64,000 nucleotides of DNA from Octopus sinensis (Eukaryota). The notes beneath the pieces were generated by a model that had not been told where the DNA came from, ran no database searches, and saw only the letters and a list, made by a program, of their open reading frames with translations. Positions 30,798 through 45,413 of this stretch are shown one piece after another. The stretch covers positions 12,834,001-12,898,000 of the forward strand of contig NC_043002.1 in assembly GCF_006345805.1 (NCBI RefSeq). The letters are read 5' to 3'. Numbering within the stretch: position 1 is the first letter of the stretch; each line of letters begins with the position of its first letter. The translations under genes were made by a program, and so were the position numbers.

Positions 30798-31718
30798 GGA
30801 AAACGTGAAACGTTGCCTACAAAGAAGCGCTCCAGTGAAAAAACATTTCTTCACATCTTTCGAATCACCCTAGTCATCTGCCGCCTCGAAAGTTTCGTAG
30901 TCGCCGTGCCAGCCAATGTAAATCCATTCTTGTTCTGCATAACAAATACGCTAACTCGACTCACTATCCCTTTCCTCGCCACCCCAGGTCCGTCTTCCAA
31001 ACTCCACTCTACGTCACCTTCTTTTTCTCAACGCAAACTCTTCCGACATTCCATTATTTTTCGTCAAGACACGTCTCCAACACAAGCTGTTCCGCTACAA
31101 CTGGTCATCACCCGCTACTTATTGCTTCTAATCAGACAAGGACAATGCCACGTAAATTCATTTGATTCACGTGGTTGCATTCCTGCATGGTGGTTCATAT
31201 TTCTTTTCCTTCTAAAAACGTAACGTCGCTTAAAGCTCAACCGGTTTTCAATTCAACCGATCTTCTATCAATGCATCAACTGCGAAGATCTCCGATAGTT
31301 GAACTATTATTTCTGGCACATACTTTTTCGTGTTAAAAGAAATACAATCTACGTCAGTGTTTGTGTAATTACAACTTGTTCTTTGTAGAAACCCTGGTTT
31401 TTAGATACGCCTTAGGTTAACAAAAGGTTAAATGATTATGTTACACTTTGGGTACTCACAATAGAATTATTTCAGCTGTATTGATTACCTTGAAGCTTTT
31501 GGCCATTTTGTATGTAGGCTATTTTGATTTCGTGAGATTTTTTTATCTCTTCTTTTTTATTGTGAATTCGATAAGTAGGGGATTATTTTTTAAAATAAAC
31601 CAATTGTAAGGGAAACGTAATCACAACAACCCGAGTGAAATGGGAAAATCAGTGAGTCACACTTTTTCAACTGTACTCCTAGAGGCCGTAAACAACATAT
31701 CTTGCCATCTTGGAATCA

Positions 31719-32013
31719 GGCTGACTCCGTGAGTAAATTAAAAACATTCGGGCTGAATCCGAACCCACAATCCTGAAATTTTGGATTCCCAAGTTTTCAT
31801 TGCTGCGATTGTTTTCGGCGAATTTTTTACCTGACGTTTTGCGACAAATTTTTTTCTAGGATAAATTTTTTTATAATCTAAAGGCTAACTCCGTGAGTCA
31901 ATTAAAAACATCCCGGGTCAAATCCGGACCTGCAATCCTGAAATTTAGGATTCCTATATTTTCATTCCTGCGATTGTTTTCGGTGATTTTTTAACTGATA
32001 TTTTGCGACGAAT
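31719..32013. repeat. Two-copy ~164-bp tandem repeat
   Basis: ggct(g/a)actccgtgagt(a/c)aattaaaaacat...ttttgcgac at 31719 and 31883. Confidence 0.8.
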
Positions 32014-32203
32014 CATTAGGATAAGATCCTGGAGGATGCAATCGTAACAAATTCTCAAAAACAAGTCAGAGATCTGTTTGCAGATCTTCCCATTCAGGGT
32101 CAGTAGCTTAAAAGCTATATACTAAATCAAAAGCCGCTCTATCGGGAGGCTTTTGAGGTATTATATATATATGTATATGTAAACACACACTCACACACAC
32201 ACA

Positions 32204-32267
<64 letters not shown>

Positions 32268-32426
32268 TCTTTATTTTCTCTCCTTGTTTCTTTCTGTGGA
32301 AGAGCGTAGGCTCGAAACGTTAAAGACATCTTCACTTCCCGAGCGTTAATCTAATACATCTGTTTGTTGTCTACACCACCTGTCTTCGTCTTTTATTATT
32401 TTTGTTGTGAATTCTCCCACTGTATG

Positions 32427-32500
<74 letters not shown>

Positions 32501-32656
32501 ACGGGCTTCTCTCAGTTTCCGTCTACCAAATCCACTCACAAGACTTTGGTCGGGCCGAGGCTATAGTAGAAGACACTAGCCCCAGGTGCCACACAGTGGG
32601 ACTGAACTTTGACCCGGGTGGTTGGGAAGCAATCTCCTTACCACACAGCCATACAT

Positions 32657-32693
<37 letters not shown>

Positions 32694-33275
32694 CTACACA
32701 CACACACACACACACACACGCACATGAGTATGCATTAAACTATGAAAACGAAACGTACACCCCCACTAGTGATGTACAAATATCTCATTGTAAACAAACT
32801 TACGTACATAATGTGTTTGTGTTTAAATTCGTTAAGTACCGGTGGGAGATCTACATTGCGTATCATCATTGGAATTTGCCTTCTGAAAGCTGTTGCACAT
32901 GCCTAACAGGTAAAGTGATAAACAAAGCGTCAAGCAAATAACTATACACACATACATCCATACATACATGTTAGAAACCGGCTCTTTCTCTATTTGCAAG
33001 AAATCTTGTATTAGAACTGAATAATGACATACATGAATATACATATTTTTTTTAATTATTTTTTTTACTTGTTTCAGTCATTTGACTGCGGCCATGCTGG
33101 AGCACCGCCTTTAGTCGAGCAACTCGACCCCGGGACTTATTCTTTGTAAGCCCGGTACTTATTCTATCGGTCTCTTTTGCCGAACCGCTAAGTGACGGGG
33201 GACATAAACACGCCAGCATCGGTTGTCAAGCAATGCTAGAGGGACAAACACAGACACACAAACACACACACACAT

Positions 33276-33306
<31 letters not shown>

Positions 33307-34595
33307 CATATACACGACAGGCTTCTTTCAGTTTCCGTCTACCAAATCCACTCACAAGGCATTGGTTGGCCCGAGGCAATAGTAGAAGACACTTGCCCAA
33401 GGTGCCACGCAGTGACTGAACCCGGAACCATGTTAGCAAGCTACTCCTGCGCCTATTATATATATAATACACACACATACATTTTTTACATACATATACA
33501 TATATATATATATACATACATACGTACTTATATATATATGCAATGTATTTATATATATGTATATAATAAACATATACATACATATATATATATATAATAT
33601 ACATATATACTTATTTTTTTATTATTTTATTTGTTTCAGTCATTTGACTGCGGCCATGCTGGAGTACCGCCTTTAGTCGAGCAAATCAACCCCAGGACTT
33701 ATTCTTAGTAAGCCTAGTACTTATTCTATCGGTATATCTTGCCGAAACGTTAAGTGACGGGGACGTAAACACACCAGCATCGGTTGTCAAGCGATGCTCG
33801 TGGGAACAAACACAGACACCCAGACACACATTCATATATATATATATATATACGACGGGCTTCTTTCAGTTTCTGTCTACCAAATCCACTCACAAGGCTT
33901 TGGTCGGCCTGAGGCTATAGTAGAAGACACTTGCCCAAGGTACCACGCAGTGGGACTGAACTCAGAACCATGTGGTTGGTAAGCAAGCTACTTACCACAC
34001 AGCCATTCCTGCGCCTATGTATATAATATACACATGTACATACATATATACATACATATCTATATGTAGCATATTTGCTCAAAATAAAAAAGCAATTACA
34101 CATAGATAAGCACCAACATAATGCCACTACCTACGCTCCATAATATCATGGAAGTAAACAGTAAACACAAACAAAAGAAAATAAAGAAATCTATGAAAAG
34201 CTAGGAATCATGAAATAAGTCAAACGACATCTGCTCATATTTAAACAGAATCTTTTGTGACGTCTTTCCTTAAATGGTGTACACAGCTAAGCAAAATTTT
34301 AGCTTCGCTAACCAATAATCCGCTAACAAAATGATTAGCGGAAGCTACTGCTGATAATTACTCTTTTACTCGTTTACTCTTTTACTTGTTTCAGTCATTT
34401 GACTGAGGCCATGCTGGAGCACCGCCTTTAGTCGAGCAAATCGACCCCGGGACTTATTCTTTTTGTAAGCCCAGTACTTATTCTATCGGTCTCTTTTTGC
34501 CGAACCGCTAAGTGACGGTGACGTAAACACACCAGCATCGGTTGTCAAGCAATGCTAGGGGGACAAACACAGACACACAAACATATACACACACA

Positions 34596-34641
<46 letters not shown>

Positions 34642-35262
34642 TACGACAGGCTTCTTTCAGTTTCTGTCTACCAAATCCACTCACAAGGCATTGGTCGGCC
34701 CGGGGCTATAGCAGAAGACACTTGCCCAAGATGCCACGCAGTGGGACTGAACCCGGAACCATGTGGTTGCTAAACAAGCTACTTACCACACAGCCACTCC
34801 TATAATTGCTAACTTTTATCATATTAATTTAGTTTCTGTTTGTTCTTTTGGCTCTAAAACACCCCAAAACAGACCTAGGGAGATGAAATTTTCATATTGT
34901 AGCTTAGATAAAGAGCTTTCCAAAAAGGTGTAGCATGCTAAGCCAGGTGATTTTCAAGGTGTACGGCAATTAATTAAATGAACAAATGAAATTAAAATTT
35001 AGGTTTTCAGTCAACATACACTTTATTTACTGTACAAAATGTATTAAAAGTATTAAACAAATGAAAAAAGGTATAATAAAGCAAAAGGGATTAGTATTTT
35101 GTAATAAAGAATGACTCTTTACTAATACTCTGCCTGTAGGTTGTGTCGTCCCTGAATTGATAGAGAAGAAAGAATTTGAAGCTTGGTCGTTTGTTATTGG
35201 CGAAAATGTCGATGTGTTCGCTGAATGTGTTCTCCCGCATTACTTAAATGTATATATATATA

Positions 35263-35308
<46 letters not shown>

Positions 35309-36661
35309 GAATCTATTTTTCTACAGGGTTCACAGTTTTACGTAACTTGCCTAGGTTACACAAATCTTTTATAATCATATATATATATATATACTCTCTC
35401 TTTTACTCTTTTACTTGTTTCAGTCATTTGACTGCGGCCATGCTGGAGCACCGCCTTTTGTCAAGCAACTCGACCCCGGGACTTATTCTTTTTGTAAGCC
35501 CAGTACTTATTCTATCGGTCTCTTTTTGCCGAACCGCTAAGTGACGGGGACGTAAACACACCAGCATCGGTTGTCAAGCAATGCTAGGGGAACACACAAA
35601 CAGACACACATACATATATATATATACATATATACGACAGGCTTCTTTCAGTTTCCGTCTACCAAATCCACTCACAAGGCATTGGTCGGCCCGGGGCTAT
35701 AGCAGAAGACACTTGCCCAAGATGCCACGCAGTGGAACTGAACCCGGAACCATGTGGTTGGTTAGCAAGCTACTTACCACACAGCCACTCCTGCGCCTAT
35801 ATATATAAGATTATATATATATATATATGATTATAAAAGATTTGTGTAACCTAGGCAAGTTACATAAAACTGTGAACCCTGTAGAAAAATAGATTCGTTA
35901 CATTCTTGAAGAAAGATTTTAAAATGCCGACTAATACTTTCAATGAATATTGATTTCGAATTTTGGCACAAGGATAGCAGTTTGGGGGGAAGGATAAATC
36001 AATTACCCGAAGAATAAAAAAAAAACAAAGTTAACATTGGCGGGATTTGAACTTAGAACAGGAAGATGGATGAAATATAGTTTAGCATTTTACCAGGCGT
36101 GTTACCGTTTCTGCCAACCCGGCGCCGTAATTAATGTTTAATGCTATTTCCAGAAAACTACAAATTTCCATGACAGAAAGCTGGAGATTTTAATGTGATG
36201 CTGTATCAATTGTTTTCATCGAGTTCTTTTATTCCCAGCAAACTTTCCACTATGCGAGTGAATGTATTACTCTTCTACTCTTTTTACTTATTTCAGTCAT
36301 TTGACTGCGGCGATGCTGGAGCACAACTTTTAGTCGAACAAATCGACCATAGGACTTATTCTTTGCAAGCCGAGTACTTATTCCATCGGTCACATTTGTC
36401 TAACCGCTAAGTTGCGGGGACGTAAACACACCAACATCGGTGGTCAGGCAATGGTTAGGGGACAGACACAGACACAAACACACACATTTATAAATATATA
36501 TATATATGGCTGTGTGGTAAGTAGCTTCCTTACCAACCACATGATTCCGGGTTCAGTCCCACTGCGTGGCACCTTGGGCAAGTGTCTTCTGCTATAGCCC
36601 CGGGCCGACCAAAGCCTTGTGAGTGGATTTGGTAGATGGAAATTGAAAGAAGCCCGTCGTA

Positions 36662-36718
<57 letters not shown>

Positions 36719-36944
36719 TGTGTGTGTGTATGTGTTTATGTGTCTGTGTTTGTCCCCCTAGCATTGCTTGACAACTGATGCTGGTGTGTTTACGTCCCCG
36801 CCACTTAGTGGTTCGGCCAAAAGAGCGATAGAATAAGTACTGAGCTTACAAAGAATAAGTCCCGGGGTCGATCTGTTCGACTAAAGGCGGTGCTCCAGCA
36901 TGGCCGCAGTCAAATGACTGAAACAAGTAAAAGAGAGAAAGAGA

Positions 36945-36985
<41 letters not shown>

Positions 36986-36993
36986 TATAATAT

Positions 36994-37042
<49 letters not shown>

Positions 37043-37701
37043 TGGCTTCTTTTCAGTTTCCGTCTACTAAATCCACTCACAAGTCTTTGGTCGGCTCGTG
37101 GCTATAGTAAAGACACTTGCTCGAGATGCTACGCAGTGGGACTGAACCCAGAACCATGTGTGTGGGAAGCAAGCTTCTTATCACAGAGACACGCCTACGC
37201 CTATGATTCACTTTTCCTACACACCAAAGACGTACATTATCTAAACAAACGACAAGTAGATATACAGCTTCGACAAACCGCAATTAAGGAAATACGCTTT
37301 TGTCATTCTTGTGAATCACGGCAGCAACTAAGTTTGTCTCGAGCAAATATATACTCTTTTACTCTTTTACTTGTTTCAGTCATTTCGACTGCGGCCATGC
37401 TGGAGCACCGCCTTTAGTCGAGCAAATCGACCCCGGGACTTATTCTTTGTAAGCCCAGTACTTATTCTATCGGTCTCTTTTTGCCGAACGCTATGTGACG
37501 GGGACGTAAACACACCAGCCATCGGTTGTCAGCAATGCTAGGAGACAAACACAGACACACAACACATACACACACATACATATATATACATATATACGAC
37601 AGGCTTCTTTCAGTTTCCCGTCTACCAAATCCACTCACAAGACATTGGTCGGCCCGGGGCTATATCAGAAGACACTTGCCCAAATGCCACGCGTGGACTG
37701 A

Positions 37702-37801
37702 NNNNNNNNNNNNNNNNNNNNNNNNNNNNNNNNNNNNNNNNNNNNNNNNNNNNNNNNNNNNNNNNNNNNNNNNNNNNNNNNNNNNNNNNNNNNNNNNNNN
37801 N
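37702..37801. other. Assembly gap (100 N)
   Basis: Run of n. Confidence 0.99.
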
Positions 37802-37920
37802 TCAACGTATGGTAAGCACCGCTCTTCGTTGAGGGACTCCCTCTACAGGCTGATATATAGATTTTCAACAGAACCACAGTCACTGGCGTAGAAAATCCGT
37901 TCGAACACAATAATAAATCT
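37802..37920 (-). other. Candidate gene C exon 3 (T|AG stop + 3' UTR, running into the assembly gap)
   Basis: Acceptor TATCTCGCTCAG|AG completes TAG. Nearby intron motifs match paralogues: acatttaa-attca (shared with D, 50-58 nt from the acceptor) and atttttctttagccct (shared with B). No poly(A) signal is visible before the gap. Confidence 0.5.
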
Positions 37921-39573
37921 CTGAGCGAGATATAAACAGTAACTGCTCTATAACATAAGGGGGATCAGCCTTTCATAAAACATTTAAATTCATTTTAAAA
38001 TTTTACAGTTACGTTTGTCTTTTAAAAATAAAATTATACAGGTAAAGTTTTAAATAAGAATTTTATTCCCCATTTGTGTTTTTGTTATTTTTCTTTAGCC
38101 CTAGGATCCGATTTCCATAATGAATGCCTGACTGAGATCACAGCATTGTCTCTGAATGAGACGCGATTCCGTTGCAGGATCCAAATCAGCAATTTTGAAT
38201 TAAGGAGACAATTCGATTACATTCAGCAAGTGTCTTCTACTATAACCTCGGGCCGACCAAAGCTTTGCGAGTGGATTTGGTAGTCGGAAACTGAAAGAAG
38301 CCCGTCCTATATATGTATATACGTATATGTATGCGTGCATATGTTTTGTGTCTGTGTTTGTTCTCCCAGCATAGCTTGACAACCGATGCTGGTATGTTTA
38401 AGTCCCTGTAACTTAGCAGTTCGGCAAAATAGACCGATAGAATAAGTACTAGGCTTACAAAGAATAAGTCCTGGGGGCGATTTGCTCGACTAAAGGCGGT
38501 GCTCCAGCATGGCCACAGTCAAATGACTGAAACAAGTAAAAGAGAGAGTAAAAGAGTTTGAATACACTTCATTATATCGATAAAGATAATAAGTTGTGCA
38601 AGTGAAAACTCAGAATTCTATTTCCCTCTCTTCATAAACATAGAGGCGTCTCATATGTAGCCCTGTTTATCAAACACTCATTTTTTTAATAACTGATCCG
38701 AGATCACCCTTTACGCTCAATTTTGAACGCATGTCATTCTTATGTCGAATTGAGCTCTGATAACGCTGATCGGTGACAACTTCACAATGCTCAGCTACCC
38801 AGAATGCATTGGTTATCACGTGTTTACATGATGTCGTAATGATGCTGCGTATTTTTATACGGTTTTAACAACTCCTGCTCACCAACATGGTACCACTGAA
38901 CATAAACAACATCATGAAGGTACCTAATCCCAGCAAACCATGGAAACGAATGCATTAATTACAGTAAAAGGTAGACATCATCAACAAAATATGTAAATGG
39001 TGGAAGCTTTGCAGATGTAGACCGCGACGAGGTTGTTTTTTTTTATTACTGATTTTTTTTATAACTCCTTCATTTATCTCTGTGTCATTTGTTTGTTCCT
39101 TCTCAAGCCATGCATGGCTCATAAGGGCCGGTTTCTTGGCGTATAGGCTCTCCCACCTGAACGGGACGCCGGTCCGTCTCAGGTGAGCTGCAAGATGCAG
39201 GAGGAAAGAGTGACAGAAAGATGTGGCAAAAGAGTCAGCAGAAGTTTGCCATTATCTTCTGCCGGAGCCGCGTGGAGCTTAGGTGTTTTTGCTTATAAAC
39301 ACACACATCGCCCGGTCTGAGATTCGAACCCGCGATCCCTCGACCGCGAGTCCGCTGCTCTAACCACTAGGCCATGTGCCTCCACACACAGTTTCTTTTG
39401 GAAATCGAACACTTTTGATGAACCGAGAGCTGATGCATCACTTTTTCATTTTCGCTTACTATTGCCACCAGGAATTAGAACTTTCACTACTACGATATTT
39501 TAGAAATAACAGCTAGACAAGGATATGATAGAATGGAATAAAAGAAAAAACAGAACAAAAAGACGGCACTTAC

Positions 39574-39753
39574 ATTGGATTCTACAATTTGCCTTAGCCA
39601 TTTCGGTACATCTTTGCTCATTGGCGTTAAATTGAAGACGAGCTGGGCACGCCATCGAAGGGTATGAGGTTCGATTGAAGCAAGGAACAAACCTATGGCA
39701 GTTTTTAGGGTCTGGTACCATTCCAAATGGACGTGTGTTACAAAGAGGGTCAT
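39574..39753 (-). CDS. Gene C exon 2: second CBM14 domain
   Basis: TTTTAG|AT...T|GTAAGT, 180 nt; (D)DPLCNTRPFGMVPDPKNCHRFVPCFNRTSYPSMACPARLQFNANEQRCTEMAKANCRIQ (within ORF 39500..39802). Confidence 0.9.
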
Positions 39754-40036
39754 CTAAAATGAAAGAATTGCATAAGATGTTCAATAAAAGTTCTAGGATC
39801 AATTATCTTCTATATTACCTTATATATTTTAGGATCAAATATACATCGACATGTACACCACAATATATATATATGCGCAGGAGTGACCGTGTGGTAAGTA
39901 GCTTGCTTACCAACCACATGGCTCCAGGTTCAGTCCCACTGCCTGGCACCTTGGGCAAGTGACTTCTACTATAGCCTCGGGCCGACCAAAGACTTATGAG
40001 TGGATTTCTTAGACGGAAACTGAAAGAAGCCTGTCG

Positions 40037-40072
<36 letters not shown>

Positions 40073-40298
40073 ATTATATATATATATATATATATCGTTG
40101 TGTGTATCTATGTTTGTCCTCTCACCACCGCTTGACAACCGATGCTGGTGTGTTTACGTCCCCGTAACTCGGCGGTTCGGCAAAAGAGACCGATAGAATA
40201 AGTACTAGACTTACAAAGAATAAGTCTTGGGGTCGAATTGTTCGACTAAAGGCGATGCTACTGCATGACAGCAGTCAAATGACTGAAACAAATAAAAT

Positions 40299-40324
<26 letters not shown>

Positions 40325-40333
<9 letters not shown>

Positions 40334-40635
40334 TAGGAAAAAACCCACCTTTAATCAATTCAAAATGAACAATCAAATTACACATCTAGAAAATTACATA
40401 TAATAAAAATATTAAAATTAAAAGAACAATAAAATATCAAAGATTAAGTAAATTGGTAGAATAGAATTGTTATTTTACCAATTATATACGTTTTTATATA
40501 TTTTTTTACTTAATCATTGATATTTTATTGTTATTTTCATTTTAATATTTCTATTATATGTAATTTTCTAGATGGTGTAATTTAATTGTTCATTTTGAAT
40601 TGATAAAAGGTGTTTTTTTTTCTAATTTTATATAT
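40325..40635. repeat. ~125-bp imperfect inverted repeat in (TA)n
   Basis: aattaggaaaaaacccacctttaatcaattcaaaatgaacaat.. / ..attgttcattttgaattgataaaaggtgttttttttctaatt. Confidence 0.8.
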
Positions 40636-40739
40636 ATATATATTATATTTTGTGAAATTTGATTTAGTATTTCTAAATTGAATTGTTTTCCCTGTAAGTT
40701 TGGATTTATATTCCCTCAAATAATTATTTATATATGTGC

Positions 40740-40789
<50 letters not shown>

Positions 40790-40977
40790 CGCCATGATAG
40801 ATCGTTAGCCACTACACACATTTTTTCTCTCCTTGTTTTTTCTGTGTACATTTCTGTAGAAGACCGTAGGCTCGAAATGTAAAAGACTTTTCTATTCCTG
40901 AGCGCTATACTAATACATCTGTTTGTTTTGTACATCACCTGTCTTCATCTTTTGTTTATTTTCGTAAACATTCCATT

Positions 40978-41045
<68 letters not shown>

Positions 41046-41317
41046 TTCATAGAGACCCATGCCTATATATACATATGTATATACACTCACTCATATTAGA
41101 TACATGCACACACATATACGCACATACACACATAAATAAAAACATGAATAAGAATGGAGAAAATCCATCTTTGATTGATGAATACACCATACATTACCGT
41201 CGACCGGAGCTTATTTAGACATAGAAGAAAAAGTAATACTGTTCTATATTTAACAGATGAGGATTTATTTACATTATTTACATTTGACGGATATTTGTCC
41301 TCAACTTGTTTGTTGTT

Positions 41318-41363
41318 AATACAACGTTTCGGCTGATATACCCTCCAGCCTTCATCAGGTGTC
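41318..41363 (-). ncRNA. Type I hammerhead ribozyme motif, canonical core
   Basis: GACAC CTGATGA A GGCTG gagggtatat CAGCC GAAAC GTT GTATT. Confidence 0.78.
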
Positions 41364-41466
41364 TTGGGGAAATTTCGAACCTGGGTTCTCATTCCTAAGG
41401 TATTTTTCGATGTTGTTGTTGTTCTTCTTCTTCTTCTTTTTCTTCTTCTTCTTCCTATCATTATTA

Positions 41467-41503
<37 letters not shown>

Positions 41504-41505
41504 TA

Positions 41506-41549
<44 letters not shown>

Positions 41550-41555
41550 TATTAT

Positions 41556-42945
41556 TCAGTAGTTTTATTTTATAGCGTGCTTTCACTTCACTACCGAGCG
41601 CAGCTCTGTGTGCCTTGGTATGTGCTGTGATTTGTTGTGATGCTCTGATGGTTATTGTATGGAAAGTGTTCTGCGTAGGATGTGTGCAGTGCCTAGTAGT
41701 GCAATTTTCTGTATGTTATATGTGTTTGTAAGTCCTGGTGTTTTTGTTATGTATTTGTCTATATTTTTTTATCATGCCTAATGCACCTATTATGATAGAA
41801 TTGTTTCTGTTTTCAGATTCCACATTCTAGTTACCTCTATTTCCAGGTCTTTGTATTTTGAAAGTTTCTCCATTTCTTTTAGAGACACGTTGTCATCTGC
41901 CGGTATTGATACATCAATTAGAAAGCATTTTTTTTCTTCATGATCTCTGACAACTATATCTGGTCTGTTGGCCTTAATTTCTCTATCTGTGTGTATCGGC
42001 ATATCCCAGAGTATGGTTGCTTTCTCTCGTTTTCTGTGACCTTTTCTGGTGTGTGCCTATACCATCTTTTTTCTGTTGTTATTCCATAATGTTGGCATAG
42101 CTTCCAGTGTATGTAGGTTCCAACTCTGTCATGTCTGTGAATATATTCCTTCTTAGCCAGGACTGGGCAGCTAGAGATAATATGATTTATTGTTTCTTGT
42201 CCACCTCCACATATTCTGCAGTTACTTGTAATATTTCTTTTCATTACATGTTTTTGGTAATTTCTGGTGGGGAGGCTTTGGTCTTGTGCTGCAATTAAAA
42301 ATCCCTCTGTCTCTGCTTTGAGTCCTGAGCTTCTCAACCATTGCTGGGATTTTTCTTTGTCTATTTCTTTTGCGTTTAGTTTAGTGCAGTATTTACCATG
42401 AAGGGGCTTTTCTTGCCATCGTTTTATCATGGTTCGTTGCTGTTCTATTTTTAGTTTGGATTTCATTTGTTTTATATAGCTTTTGTTGTTTCTTCACATC
42501 ATCATCTTCTTCTTCTTCTTCGTGTTTATTAGGTGGTATGATTTCTTGTTTGTATTTGTCAGCCTCCTTAAATACTGAGAATTGTTTTTTGTTTTGCTCG
42601 TGTTTTGCTGCTATCTGGATCAGTTTTCCTTCCTTCTGAAGTGGTATTTTGCAGTCCTATGGTGGTTATTTTATAGTAGTTTTTCCAGCTGTATAAGGCC
42701 TCTACCACCTTCTATACGTTGTATATATAATCTTTCTATGTCAGATTTTGGGTGATGCATCCTAGATCCTGTCAGTATTTTTCTTGTTTTCCTGTCTATT
42801 TTGGACAGTTCATTTCGTGTCCAGTTAAGGATATTGTAGCTGTAACTTATAACTGGGACAGCTAAAGTGTTGATACCTATTATCTTGTTTTTAGCATTGA
42901 GCTCTGTTTTTAGTATTGATCTAACTCGTCTATAATATTCTTTTT
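41556..42945 (-). mobile_element. R4/Dong-like LINE, 5'-truncated, in intron 1 of gene C
   Basis: ORFs 41954..42466 (CRIC..HIISSC..YIHRHD) and 41790..42002 (RPDIVV); (TAA)n at both ends. Confidence 0.88.
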
Positions 42946-42954
42946 TTAATATTC

Positions 42955-43008
<54 letters not shown>

Positions 43009-43225
43009 ATATTTGACTTTTGCCTTACATTTGCTCAAGCTGGCTCCAAGTCTCACCCAGAGACCTCAAGAGTCAACAAGTTGGAAGTTCATGCTAGTGT
43101 TATGCGTAGGGTGCCATATATTTGGTTTTGTACTTAGTGTTGTACTAGTGAATGCCTAAAAAAAACCATACGAAAATTATGTTTGTTTTAAAACTTGAGA
43201 TTACATAGAAAGTATTTTGCGTAGG

Positions 43226-43265
<40 letters not shown>

Positions 43266-44639
43266 GAGTGAGAGAGAGCAGTGCATGCCATCAAGTGACA
43301 CTGGGGTAAAATATACAAATCCCAGTATACCCATCATGACTATCCGTCTGATAAGGGTACACCAGGCACATGCATCACAACCATATGTGCGCGATATGGT
43401 GATCTCATATCAAGATAAACAGTGCATGACCTTGCAGGTGGGGGTCCAGTTAGAATTTTCTTCTGGTCGAGTAACCCATACCACTCAAAACGTCCCTGAA
43501 TAAGGGTTGTTTAAGGTTGTTGAACGAAACACCCATGTTTCCAGAGGTGGATTATTCAAACCCCAAAGAATCCCTCTCAACACATGGCTATGATGCTCCC
43601 CCACTACTTCTGCTCGTGATCAGGGACGCACATATCGTCAGCCACTAAGGGACATGCTCAACTGGTTAAGGTCAAACAACTGACAAGCAAATCTGTGGTA
43701 TTGAACATAATATTTGCTGTAGCCCATCTTTTATACCAAGACAAAACAATGTTCATGATAACACTTCCAATCAGTTAAGATCAGAAGCCATGAGAGCCAC
43801 TGTCTGGTACTACATCAGGGCATTTATTATTATTATATAATTAAATTTTCTTCTTTCAAATTTGCTTCCATTTCTTGCCGAGTGTCTTCCCGACTCCTAG
43901 GGCAAAGAAACTCATAGTATACATTGGTAGGCCATTAAACTAAACTCAATAGTTTGTTCATTCTTTTTTTAAAGTTATTATTATTATTATTATTGAGTGA
44001 AAGAGTAGCGCATGCCATCAAATTGACACTGGACTACAATTATACATAGCCTAATATACCCATCATTACTAACCGTCTGATGGCGGTATACCAAGCACAT
44101 GCATCATAACTACTTGACCATCCCGTGTGACTATTTTATTGTAGTTAAAAAGCCTGACATTGCTGTCCTGGAATGAACAAAGCTGTTCTTGTGGATAACG
44201 TTTCATCGTGGGACCGAAGGGTGAATGAGAAGCAAAGTGTGAAATTGGGGAAATAGCAGGAGCTGTAATGGGAAATCAGGAAACTTTGTAGAATCAGACA
44301 CTTCGAAGTGGTACCGGTTGTGGTACCCGAAGTGGTACTGATTGTGGTTGGCTCACTGGAAGCAGTTAGTAAAAGTTTGTAAGTATGGCTTGAGAAGGCA
44401 GGAATTATCTCAGAATGGTGTTGTTTGCAGAAAACAGCCTTGTTAGGAATAGCAAGGATTCAGAGGAGGGCGTTAGAAAGCTGAAGGAGAAGGGATGACT
44501 GGAAGGTCCTTTAAACCATTTGATATGACTCGCTCTTTCGGTATAGAGTCCGTATATAACATCTGCCAGAGCAAAAGTGTCAACGGAAACAAAACACTAC
44601 CATCACCAGCAGCAACAACAACCACAAAAACAGCAGCAA

Positions 44640-45105
44640 CAACAACGATGATGATGATGATGATGAGGCGGAGAAGAAGGAAAAGAAGAAGAGGAAGAGG
44701 AGGAGAAGAAGAAGAAAAAGAAGAAGAAGAAGAAGACGAGGAAGTGGAGGAGGAGGTGGAGGAGGAGAAGAAGATAGAGAAGAAGAAGAAGAAGACGAAG
44801 ACGAGGAAGAGGAGGAGGAGGAGGAGAAGAAGAAGACAGAGAAGAAGAATAAGAAGAAGAAGACGAAGACGAGGAAGAGGAGAAGGAGGAGAAGAAGAAG
44901 AAGACAGAGAAGAAGAAGAAGAAGAAGAAGAAGAAGAAGAAGAACGAGGAAGAGGAGGAGGAGGAGGAGAAGAAGAAGCAGAAGACAGAGAAGAAGAAGA
45001 AGAAGGAGACGAGAAGGAGGAGGAGGAGGAGAAGAAGCAGAAGAAGAAGAAAAAGAAGAAGAAAAAGAAGAAGAAAAAGAAGAAGAAGAAGAAGAAGAAG
45101 AAGAG
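44640..45105. repeat. (GAA/GAG)n purine tract
   Basis: Direct inspection; source of spurious poly-E/K/R ORFs. Confidence 0.95.
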
Positions 45106-45133
45106 ACGGCGCAAAAATTATGAATGAACTTAC

Positions 45134-45413
45134 CGAATCGGCCTCCATAGAATTCACGGTCACAGTCATCATAATGGCTGTCCTTCCACACACAGATCTG
45201 GTGAGATTGTGAGAACACCGTTCGATAACCACATGACTGAAGGGTAAAAAGTCTGCTGTTACATGAGTAGAATTCACTGCAGTTGTTTGGTGATCTCACA
45301 AAATGTGATCCGGCCCTTATCTGTGTCTGTCTACACAGAGTCCTGATGTCTTGACTGTAAACCGCAGCGACCACTGCGACCAAGAGGATTACGGCTGCAA
45401 CACGGAACCCCAT
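45134..45413 (-). CDS. Gene C exon 1: signal peptide + first CBM14 domain
   Basis: Start of ORF 44580..45413 MGFRVAAVILLVAVVAAVYSQDIRTLC...FYGGRF; donor G|GTAAGT after 280 nt (phase 1). Confidence 0.92.

Larger units (their letters stand above)
32500..38560. mobile_element. Cluster of about ten CORE-type tRNA-derived SINE copies
   Basis: Head GGCGCAGGAGTGGCTGTGTGG..GGTTCAGTCCC, ACCTTGGGCAAGT core, internal (TA)/(TG) tract, tail ATGACTGAAACAAGTAAAAGAG; other copies at about 15244, 39875, 50558, 55585, 56882, 60550 and 63655. Confidence 0.85.

Noticed and set aside
30813-31223. 136-aa ORF after the helicase fragment
   Set aside because: Non-ATG start, no recognisable motif and no splice support.
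35025-35151. Alternative gene C terminal exon encoding a hydrophobic GPI-like tail (WTTQPTG...FIIPFFICLILLIHFVQ)
   Set aside because: No homologue near B or D; the 37920 acceptor fits paralogue position and the split-stop pattern better. Not fully excluded without RNA data.
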